Shown here: positions 39,430 through 50,071 of the stretch, piece by piece
How the letters are laid out: every line of letters begins with the position of its first letter
Numbering within the stretch: position 1 is the first letter of the stretch
DNA from: Squalus acanthias
Taxonomy: Eukaryota
Length of the DNA stretch: 64,000 nt
Assembly: GCA_030390025.1 (NCBI GenBank)
Contig: CM059431.1
Coordinates: 124,126,001-124,190,000 of the forward strand
Reading direction: 5' to 3'
Made by a program: the position numbers and the translations under genes
The notes under the pieces: model-generated
The model's input: the letters and a program-made list of their open reading frames with translations, nothing else
Databases searched by the model: none
What the model was told of the DNA's origin: nothing

Positions 39430-40056
39430 GCTTCGGCTTAGTGGTAGCCTTTGGGTCAGAACGTTGTGGGATCAAGTCCCACTTCAGGATTTAATGCAGA
39501 TTATGGGGCAATATGATAGACGTGTTTATAAAAAGATGGGAGAGAGAGTAATTATAAGCAGACTGTTTCCAATAGTTGAGAGCTCTAGAATGAGTGGCCA
39601 TAAATGCAAGTGCATAGAACAAAAGAAACTTCACACCAAGTGTTCTGAGGCTGGGGAATTCCCTTCCACGGTTAGTGATTGTAGCATAAACTATGTCAAC
39701 ATTCAAGATTAGACTAGATAGATAGGTGAATAAAAAAAATGAAGGGATATAGGAACAGGATGGGTAAATGTGATTAGGAATATTTGCTTGCATGGAAGGT
39801 AAATAACAAAATGGGCTGGTTGGGCTGAATGGCCTGTTTCTGCATTGTAACTTCTACATATTCCTATTTGGAACATCACCAAAACAAAGATTAACTGGTC
39901 ATTTCTGTTTCTCGGACCTAGTTGTGCATAAATTGATTATTGTGTTTCCTGCAAAGCAAAACTGACAACATTTCAAAAGTAATTCATTGGTAGTAAATTA
40001 CTTTGGGACATCCTAAGGATATAAAAGGTACTACATAAATACAAATTTGTTCTTTA
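39430..40056 (+). mobile_element. SacSINE/Deu-SINE-like element with an internal CR1 fragment (~39510-39870)
   Basis: tRNA-like head GGCTTAGTGGTAGC...GGGATCAAGTCCC; L2-like tail TTTGGGACATCCT...TAAATACAAAT. Confidence 0.5.
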
Positions 40057-40389
40057 TTAAAAAATAATGTTAAACCTTTGAAGCTCTTATGAAGAAAAAT
40101 AAAGTTTGTATTTGTCCAGAGCAGATGAATGCTCTGCTTTATTTTTATTACTGGTATTAATGGGTGCTGAGCTTTCTAGCATGATGTTCAAATATCTGCA
40201 AACATGATCTCCAAATTGGAAGGTTTGTAGACAATAAGAGAGCAAGGAGGAGAGATTAGAAGTTTACTTGTTCAGCATAAAGTGTTTAAGGATAAAGTCT
40301 GTGTAGAATTATTTTGTGTGTGCTCACCACAACAACCAATAATTTTGAAACAACTCACACAAGCCCTGGATCCAGCACATAAATGACTC

Positions 40390-40610
40390 TATTTAGCACA
40401 CAATCCTATCTTTAGTAGTCTATTGGCCCAAGGTCTCCGGAGAGCCAGATGTTCTGTTAAATTCAAGCCTCTCTTCTCCAGCTGCTCTTGAGTCCTTGGG
40501 AAACAAATGGGGCAATTTGTCACTGCCCGATGCTGCAGTAACCTGGCAGATACAATTAGGCACTGCAAACTGGTGTCTGTCTGCCATGTTAGTAACAGCA
40601 TACATGCCAA
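40390..40610 (-). pseudogene. Ancient Harbinger transposase fragment
   Basis: HQFAVPNCICQVTAA...FPKDSRAAGEERLEFNRTSGSP aligns by eye to SQFAVHRCIREVTEA...FPMTREKQDERSCGFARITGFP. Confidence 0.5.
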
Positions 40611-40705
40611 CCTAGAAAACTAGCAAAATCTGGCCAATAGTGTAAATAAAAGCAGGATACTGAAAAACAGATTTGAATATAGATCTTATGACATATAAAG
40701 ACTGC

Positions 40706-41862
40706 GGGCTAGAAATTCATTATAGCCAAGGAATGGGCGGTGTTAGGACAAAAGATGGTGAATTAGCGCCAAGCAAAAATGCTCTAGACTGCACAAAAAA
40801 TTCATCCTCACTGCTCAAAAAATGATTGGCATCTTAAATCAAGTCTAAAAACCCAAGCTCATTGGCGTTACACTTAAAGGCTGGACCAATATCAGGTGCA
40901 GTCTAATCGCAACTCATGATTGCCACAGGCTTTTTTCACTACTTAAAGGGGAGGTTCATTGATGCTGCAGCACCTCATTTTCAGCATTGTTGGCTGTGCA
41001 GCCACAAGAAGAAGGACAAGGAGCAGGAGCCCTTATTTACAAATCCTCATGGCAGATCACCGCCCCAGGGAGAGAGACCGCAGGTTTTCCCATGAAGCTT
41101 TGGAGGCATTGGTTTTAGTGCTGGAGAGAAGATGGGCAGTCCTGTACCCACGAGCTGGCAGGTGGCTCTCACCACAACTCTGCCACATTATGTGGAGGGA
41201 GGTGACACACCACACCACGGACCTCCTCCCTCCTGTTCCTCGTCTTCTTCCTCCTTGTCTTTCACCTCCAGGACTTCTCCCTTCTCGTCCTTGTCCTCCT
41301 CCCTCTGCGCATATGTTCCTGTCTTTCTCACTGCCTATGCTCCCTCCACCGTAGATCCTGGAGGGTGAGGTGGCATACCAGTACAGCCCCCATTAATCTT
41401 ACCAAGTGTTGCAATTTGAATCTTTGAAGAATAAATTTAGCTACTTTGTACTTGCCACAAGACTCCTGATACAAAAGAACCTTGAAATTATTCAATGAAA
41501 CTGTTGCAGTAGCTGAAACTAACACACAAGCACTGAAACTTCACTAACCTGTTACGTGCGAGTGATTGGGGCTGATCCCTTTAAATACATCCCTGGAGCC
41601 GGCTTCCTGGTGCTGCATGCCAGCTCTCCCTGTCGTTGTTAACTCCAGGCGGTGAGGTAAGTGGCGAGAAGCAATTTGCCATTGCACACTCACTGACGTC
41701 ACGATCTCCTGGCATTGAAATCACCGGTGATCGCTGTTACCGGCAGTGCTATGGGAGTTCCAATTTGGTGGGCAGTGTTGGATTCGACGGGAGCTGTCAT
41801 TACAGCTCTCAACGCTGCATTAGCACCTAACGGGTGGCTCTAAGGGGACAATTTTTCCCCCC
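40706..41862. mobile_element. Harbinger copy D (doubly internally deleted)
   Basis: Ends GGGCTAGAAATTC / AATTTTTCCCCCC; Myb 5' part 41049-41210 (+); transposase N-terminus fused to the acidic C-terminus 41393-41215 (-). Confidence 0.85.
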
Positions 41863-42795
41863 AAGGAATTACATTAAGTGGCTGAAAATTTTCAGCCTCC
41901 ACTGGTGCATTCCTGCCATAATATTGACAGGAGGGTGCTGGAAGAGCCACAAAGTTAGCCGTAACACATATACACTAGCATGGCTTGGCCTTGCATAGGA
42001 GTTTGCACTTGATCCTGCTTGGGACTGAGCCTCCACATACCCCAACAAGGCCAGCAGAGTAGAAGGGGTGGGGACTACCAACACCAGGAGCTGCCCGCAT
42101 CCCTGGCCTCTCAGAGGATCAGCAGAACATCAGCAGCTGGTGTGCATGGTGAGACCTCCTCTATCAGACCACCAAATAGTGGATGTGGGGCCCACCTGGT
42201 ATGTCCAGGCTGAGTATTTTGGCCTGGGTCCCTGAAGATTCCAAAGCCAGAATTTGTTTTTTATTTGTAAAGTGAACCTTATTGAATTTAATGGAAAGGA
42301 AAATCCCATGGGGTGTGTAATGGGCAGTCAATCAACGCCAGTTTTGTGCCTTCACCGAAGTTGAATTTCACTCCCATTGTCTTTATTGTAATTACTTAGG
42401 TGGGACTTTATCAAATCTTTTTTTGAAATCGATATAAACTATGTCCACAACATTTCCTTTACCTATTTGAACCACTACTCGATGTAAATCCTAAACCTCT
42501 CGTGCTGTGATATTTTGGGAGAGAAATTCGGTACCTTAGCGCCTCCCATTAGTGCCTCCAGGGGGCGCTAATGGGGCGCTAGCGGCATTGCGACCGGGCG
42601 CAGCAACAGTACTGACACCCGTGAAATTGACGTGGAGGTTTGCAGCAGCGGTAACCACTAGCACCATGATCTCCTGCGCCCAGAGAGTTTAATTCAGTCA
42701 TTTAAAGGTTCTTTAGTATCAGGAGTGCTGTGGCAACTAAAAATTTGTTATATTTATTCTGACAAAATTTCAAAGTGCTACATATCGTTACATTA

Positions 42796-43938
42796 ATGGG
42801 GGCTGTACTGGCAGTCAACCTCGCTCTCCAGGATCTAATGCGGAGGGAGCGGAGGCAGTGAGAAAGATTGCAAGATGTGGCCAGAGGGAGGAGAAGGGCC
42901 ATGAGGGCTCTCACCAGGAGGCCTTACCCTCTGAGGGTATCCCGAGAGCACTTCTCCTAACTCCAATTAAGCAAGGTGCAGTGCATTAGAAGGCTTCGCT
43001 TCAACAAGGATGTGGTCACCGAACTCTGCCACCTCCTGCAACCAGACCTCCAGCCTCAGATCAGGTCGACTACGGCTCTCTCAGTGGCAGGCAAGGTCAC
43101 CGTTGCCCTCAAGTTTTTCGCCAGCAGTTCCTTCCAGTCTACAACAGGAGATATAGCGAACATGTCGCAGTTGCCTGTCCATCGCTGCAACCAGGAGGTC
43201 ACAGAGGCTCTCTACAGTAGGAGAAGGGACTACATTTCCTTCGCCATCACCAGAGAAAAGCAGGACAAGCGTGCATGTGGTTTTGCCAGGATAGCCTGGT
43301 GCAGGGCGCCATCGACTGCACACACATCCTGAGATCTTCTGTAACCGCAAAGGCTACCATTCACTTAATGTGCAGTTGGTGTGCGACCACAGACAGTGAA
43401 TCCTCAATGTGAATGCCCGCTATCCTGGCAGCAGCCATGATGCCTTCTTCCTGCGCCAGACCAGTATTCAAGCAATCTTCCAGCCACCATGTCAAGCTCG
43501 GGGCTGGCTGGTCGGAGACAAGGGCTATCCACCTGGCTCATGACTCCCCTCCGTAACCCCAGCACTCCTGCTCAACACTCATATAATGATAGCCATGCTG
43601 CCACCAGGAACATCTTCAAGCAGACCATCGGCCTGCTGAAGCAACTGTTCCGCTGCCTTGACCGCTCGGAAGGAACCATCCAGTACTCGCTGGAGTGGGT
43701 GGCCCATTTTGTCGTGGTCTGCTGCATGCTCCACAACTTGGCCTTCATGAGGGCCCAGCCCTTGCCACCAGGGATTGTGGGACCACCTCAGGAGGAGGAA
43801 GAGGGAGAGGAGGAGGAGGATGATGACAAGGGAAGAAGAGGAAGACAAGGAGGAGGAGGAGAAGGGGGGAGGCAGCCACTCAATCGGCCTTCTGGAAGGG
43901 CGGTCCGTGACCGTCTCATCAGACTGCGGTTCCAATAA
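42796..43938 (+). pseudogene. Harbinger DDE transposase
   Basis: CIRRLRFNKDVVTELCHLLQPDL, HAATRNIFKQTIGLLKQLFRCL and CCMLHNLA motifs; stops and frameshifts. Confidence 0.9.
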
Positions 43939-44267
43939 ATTAAACTCCAGATCCCCGTTGCTCACCACATCCCCATCATTCCATCCCTGTCACAGGCCAT
44001 TTCACAGCACAAAGCTGAAATGAGACACGCCACAAAATCATCCAAAACCAATTAATAAATTTATCAATAATCAGTGAACACATATTTACAACAACAATAT
44101 TAGCTATTCACCCTTGTGCAATTCCTTAGAGCCCCTCGTTACAGTGCTGTAATATATTATCACATGGTTTGTCACATGGTTTAGTATGAGCATGTTCAGT
44201 TCACTCCTGGACTAGCAACTCATCCTGTCTCTGTCCTTCATTTGTTTTACCCACATAGATTGCATTT

Positions 44268-44285
44268 TGGCGACGAGGATGGGAT
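44268..44285 (+). promoter_or_regulatory. Primer-binding site, tRNA-Ser(GCU)
   Basis: TGGCGACGAGGATGGGAT, complementary to the recalled vertebrate tRNA-Ser(GCU) 3' end AUCCCAUCCUCGUCGCCA. Confidence 0.8.
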
Positions 44286-44639
44286 CTCAAAGCCACTTTT
44301 AGGGATCATGGAAGGACACAGTGTTCAACCTTCGAGTGGGAAAAGTTTAAGCTGAATTTGTGACTCCTAAATTGAATTTTTGCGATGTTTTACTGTTAAT
44401 GCTCATGCAGAATTGTCTGTGCTTCGCCTTCACATGCATGACCGGGACAATCATGGCCACACATACAGGATTCACCTAATGTTTGACATAGCATTAAAAA
44501 TTGCCTTATCTGTGGAAATGGAGTCTAAGAATGCTAGGGAGCTCCATCCAACTCAAGTGACTAGTGCAGCTGAGGTCTACAGTCACAAAGCCACCGCCGA
44601 ACCTAAAGCTGTGAGACCAAGTCAAAAGCATGTCGGTGA

Positions 44640-47600
44640 GAGCATTCAGTGAATTGTTATCGCTGCAATGGAAATCACTCACCACACTCCTGCCAGTACA
44701 GAAAAGCAAAGTATTTTCACTGCCAGAAGCAAGGCCATATTTCAACAGCTTGCAGAGCTAGATCGAAAGCAGGAAGTAAGAACCATTCTACTGGCAATGC
44801 AAAGCAGCGATAACAAAAGGAGGGAATTCACAATATTGAAGTGAACACACCTGATGTTGAAGAACTAGGCATCTACAGTATCTATGCCACCAGAGGCAAT
44901 GTAAGCAGTCGCGAGAAAGACTTCTGTACAAAACTTTTGATCAATGACCAATATATTGATGTGTGTATCGACACGGCGGTGGAATGCTCTATCACGAGTA
45001 AGGACACATATGAGAGTAAGTTTAATCAAATACCACTTACAAAGAGCACCGTAGAGTTAAAAACCTACTCCCGAGAAATCCTAGAGACATGTGGACAAAT
45101 GGAATGTACAAGTCAGCACAATGACCAGTCAGTAAAGCTGCCTATTATTGTAGCGAGCTACAGCAACAGGCCAACCCTCATGGACAAAGACTGGTTGAGT
45201 AAGTTGAAACTATACTGGAAAAACGTCTTCAGTGTAGATGCTTCAAAGAAGCGAAGCGACACAATGCTGAATAAGTATAAAAGCATGTTGTCAGACAGTT
45301 ATGAGGGCATCACAGTGTATGACGTGCATATCCGTATCAAGTCCAATGCAAAGTCTGTCTATTGTAAGGCAAGGCCGGTCCCCTATGTGTTGAAAAGTCT
45401 GGTCTAGGAAGAGCTAGCGAAGCTGAGAGAGAACAGAGTGCTAGTAAAAACTGACAAAAATGAATGGGCTACCCTGATTGTGGTAGTGCCCAAAGCAGAC
45501 AAAACTGTTCGCTTGTGCAGTGACTACAAAATTACCAGCAACCAAGCAGTTGACGGTGAAGAGTACCCGTTATCTACATCACAAGATTTGTATGCAGCAC
45601 TCTCTGGGTCAAAGGTTTTCTCCAAGCTTGACCTGTTGCACGCTTGCGCTCAGCTGGATGTTGACAAAGAGAGTCAACAGTATCTCACCATCAACACACA
45701 CAAGGGACTGTACTCATACACCAAGCTGCCGTATGGTGTAAATTCCTCCCGCAAAATCTTCCAGGCTACGATGGATAAGATTTTGCAATGACTTCCAAGT
45801 TGCTTGATCGCAACAAGCATTGAGGAAGAAAATCTAGAGGTGTAAGATTTAGTGCTTCAAAGGTTGAATTCCCATAATGCCAAATTGAAAAGGAGCAAAT
45901 GTGCTTTTGTGCAGCCTGAGGTTGTGTACCTTGGTCTGAAAGTTGATGCAAATGGCTTGCAACCAGTGAAGGAAAAGGTTGATGCTGTCATCAATGCTCC
46001 AAAGACACGGAACGTGTCTGAGTTAAGATCTTTCCTTGGAATGGTCCAGTACTACGCATGTTTCTTACCTGAGTTTGTGACCATGTTAGCTCCATTGCAT
46101 GAGCTCCTCAAGAAGGATGTCCAGTGGAAGTGGACAAAAGCGCAACAGGAAGCTTACGATGCTTGTAAGAGAAGTCTCTCTAGTGATGCTCTACTTGTGC
46201 ACTGCGACACAGAGCATGAGCTTAAGTTAGCGTGTGATGCATCTCACTATGGCGTGGGAGCTGTCATAAGCCACGTAATGGATGACAGCCAAGAGAACCC
46301 AATCACGTTTGCATCGCGAACCCTCACAAAGAGTGAAACAAATTACACGCAAATTGAAAAGGAAGCACTCGCCATAGTGTTTGGAATCAAGAAATTCCAA
46401 CAGTTCCTGATCGGCAGAAAATTTACCCTGATAACCGATCACAAACTGCTCCTAGCAATATTGGGGCCCAAATCTGACATCCTGCAATGTCCGCATCAAG
46501 AAGGGCAGTGTTGTTGTCACAATATGACTACACGATCGAATATCGCACTTCAAAGCAAAACACAATCGCAGATGCTTTGTCCAGGTTGCCACATGAAGAT
46601 TCATGTATTGGGAGTGAAGGTGAGACTTTCACACTAGGTGACAATGACTTTCCCGTGATTGCAACTGAGATTGCAAATGAGATTCAAAAGGATTCAGTAC
46701 TGAAAAGAGTCTATGAAAACACCTTGAATGGATGCACTGATCAGTGTCTTGACACAGAGTTGAACCATTCCATAACCATTGTACTGAATTGTCTTGTGGG
46801 CAAGGTTGTATCAAGTGGGGAAACAGAGTGGTGGTACCTACTTCTTTGAGAGATAGAATTCTGGCTGAACTTCATACTGAACATCCAGGGATCATCAGTA
46901 TGAAATCAATTGCAAGAAGTTTTGTTTAGTGGCCTGGATTGGACAGTGATCTTGAATCACTTGTCAGCAAATGCAGTGTTTGCCAAAATTGCAGAAACAA
47001 ACCACCCAAAACTCCACTACAACCCTGGTCATGGCCAAGTAGACCTTTTCAGAGAGTACATGTAGACTTCTGTGAGAAAGCAAATGATTATTTCCTGGTA
47101 CTTGTAGATAGTCACTCAAAGTGGGTTCAAATACTACAACTGAACGTATCATAGATGAGTTGAGGTCTATCTTCGCATGTCATGGCTTACCCAAAGAGTT
47201 TGTTTCTGACAATGGCCCTCAGTTCTGTTCTGCTCTATTCCAAGAGTTGATGAAATGGAATGGTATCAAACACATTCTCGTTCCACCATATCATCCAGCT
47301 TCAAATGGAGCAGCCGAAAGGTCAGTTAGAATAGTAAAAGAAGCTCTCAAAAAGCAAGTGTTCGGGACTCAGCATGAAGCAACGTTTGTCAACTTTCTTG
47401 CTGAAGTACAGAACTACTCCGCACACTACAACTGGATATACCCCAGCAGAACCCTTGAAGAAGAGGAGATTGAGAACACGATTGAGTTTTGTTCAACCAA
47501 ATTTGGCCTCAAGAGTTGAACAGAAACAGTTGAGTCAGAAACGTTATTATGACAGCAATCGGGAAGAAAGCAGTTTCAGACAAAATGAGTGTGTTTATGT

Positions 47601-47982
47601 TCTCAGTCCCCCAGGCAAGTCGAGTTCACACAAGTGAGATGTAGGAGCCATAGTAGAGGTTGGTGGAACCAAGAGATATTTGGTTGAGATTGGTGACAAC
47701 ATCCGAAGTGTTCCTGTAGATCAAATGACCTCTACTAGAGATGAACCAAGACGTGACCTTGAACCACATGATCATGAACACATACATGCGTTTGACTCCG
47801 TTCAGACTTCAGTAACTGAAGTACCAGGTTCAAACAAATCTGAGATAGAAACAAGATTATCTTTGAGTTCGGAACCAGAACAAAACAGCCCGAAATTTGG
47901 TTCAACACCAAAACTTTTTGTAAGGAGATCAGGAAGGCTCCGCCAACCTGTTATTAAATTGGAATTTGTAGTTCATTTGTAG
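44640..47982 (+). pseudogene. Gypsy gag zinc knuckles, protease, RT, RNase H and integrase
   Basis: Twin CCHC-like knuckles ~44655-44755; IDTA protease; FSKLDL...TINTHKGLYSY; LACDASHYGVGAV...EKEALAIV; RVHVDF, VSDNGPQF, PYHPASNGAAER. Confidence 0.92.
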
Positions 47983-48251
47983 CATTTGTAGTTGATTTAA
48001 AAGAAAAAAAGCCAGGAGTTTTTGTTATGTGGTACATGTAATGCTGGGAAAGGTGGAGCTATAATTTTGTTGTGCTTGAGAGGGGAATATGTGCATTTTT
48101 TTAAGGGGAAAGCAGTGTAATGTATTATCACATGGTTTGCTACATAGTTTAGTATGAGCATGCTCAGTTCACTCTGGCCCAGTAAACTAGCTCCTGGACT
48201 AGCAACTCATCCTGTCTCTGTCCTTTATTTGTTCTACCCACATATATTACA

Positions 48252-50071
48252 AGTGCGTTTGCCTTCTTTAGTGCTCCTATGAAGTGTTGGCCCAGTGGCT
48301 GCAGCACGGCTGGTGGAAGGCTGCTGGGTGTCCATGCGGGAGGCTTGAGATGGCCTTGCAGGACGCCCTCAACCAGCTCTGAGCCTGGAAGGCCCGTCTG
48401 TAGACTGAACCACCTCAGCATGGGTGGCAGCAGTCTGGACTGGCTGGATGACAGGCAGCGACAAGGGCAATGGCGGAGAGGCAGTTGGGGGAGCAGGAAT
48501 GCTGTCATCCTGAGAGAGGACAGCAGGTTCCTGCTCCACTGACCAACTGCCACTCCCCCGGGGCAGCACCACAGCATCACTACCAATCTGCTGGAGCACA
48601 GATTGCTGGCCTGCTGCGACGGTGGACGGTGGTCGACCCAGCCATGATGGCATCAAGCTGAGACTTCATGAGAGCAGTCTGAGAATCGATGGCACCAACC
48701 ATAGACTGCATTACAGCACTAAGACTTTGCGTGGCTTCTGCCTGTGCTGCAATGGAAGCTGTGACATCGGCCATCGCACGCGGCATGAGGTTTGGGTCAC
48801 CACGGTCTCTCTGGAAGTCCACCATCCTTTGCAAACTGCAAATGATGGGCTTCATGGTGTGCGCAGAGCTCTGTGCAATGTTGGAGGCGTACTGCTCCAC
48901 GCTCCTTACCATTGCCGAGAGGCTCTCAGGCACCCTTGCCATTGCCCCTATCATCTCCGTGTGCATGCCCATCACCCTTCTTCTAAAGGCATCCCCATCG
49001 AAGTCCTCATCTGAGTCCTGTACAGCAGAACTCGTGTGCGAACTCGCCCTCCAGGGAGCTGGCCCCCGAGCTACCCTTTCCCCCTGGCCTTGCTGCAGCC
49101 CGCTCGTCCCCGGTGCATCACCCTGTGCAGATCCCGCTACTATACTAACCTCTAAAGAGCACATAGTGCCAGTATCTGAAATGGTGCTTGCGGGTGAGAC
49201 ATGCTGTGTGTTCTCCGTCCTCCTCTTCTTCCGCCTCGCTCTCTATGGTGCCCTCAGGGACAGGCTGCTCAGCTGCTTGCTCATTATCTGAAAGCATAAA
49301 GACACAAGAGTCAGGCTAAGGTGAGGGGAGGGGGGCAGGAAGGGAGAACGGCATGCATACAGCATGATTAGCTGGAAAGTGGGAAGGCTTGTGGGGTGAG
49401 GGGCAAGTGGGATGTGAGAAGAAGGAGCAGGGATGAACATACCGTTGTTGTCCCCAAGTGGGTCAACGTCACCGGTGGCCACGGCGCCCACCACCTGGTG
49501 GCCAATAATTTGCAGCACTCTTTCCTCCAGCTCAGAAAGCGATTGGTGTCAGGTTGTCCCCCGCCTGTGCGCTCCTGCTCCCTCCTGTTGTGAGACACCT
49601 TGGCCTGCAAGAGAGAGGAAAGTGTGTGAGTGAGTGTGGAGCAATGGGTTTGGGAGATGTGCCTGCCATAGTTGAATAACAGTCATTGTGTGCACGGTGT
49701 GAGATGTGGGTGTGAGTGTTGGTAGGTAGAGATTGTTGGTGGGTGAGTGCTTGGAGGTGTGGTGCTTTGGGCAATGTGTGTGCAGACTGAGGTTGAGATG
49801 GTGGTATCTATCATTTGTTGAGGCATTGATTCACCCTGACCACCCGAGTGAGGTCGTTAAATTTCTTCCTGCACTGTGTGTGGGTCCTGGGGACCACAGT
49901 GCTGCCCGAGACAGGCTGGGCTACCTCCCTCCACATGGCGCGGAAGACTTGCGGTGAGGGCCTCCTGCCACTTGCTGGGTACAGCACCGCCCTCCGTCTC
50001 TCCACAGCGAACGCCTCCAATGCCTGATCACAGAATCTGCGAGCTCTCTCCCTGGGCCGTTGATCTGTCAT
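48252..50071 (-). pseudogene. Harbinger Myb/SANT gene, exons 50071-49835, 49604-49443, 49287-48252 (last codons at 44147-44104 beyond the Gypsy)
   Basis: MTDQRPRERARRFCDQALEAF...RTHTQCRKKFNDL; conserved splice sites. Confidence 0.82.

Larger units (their letters stand above)
44148..48251 (+). mobile_element. Gypsy LTR retrotransposon (Mag-like), decayed
   Basis: LTRs 44148-44264 and 48116-48251 (TG...CA), TSD AGTGC, PBS 44268-44285, PPT AAGGGGAAAGCAG. Confidence 0.93.
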
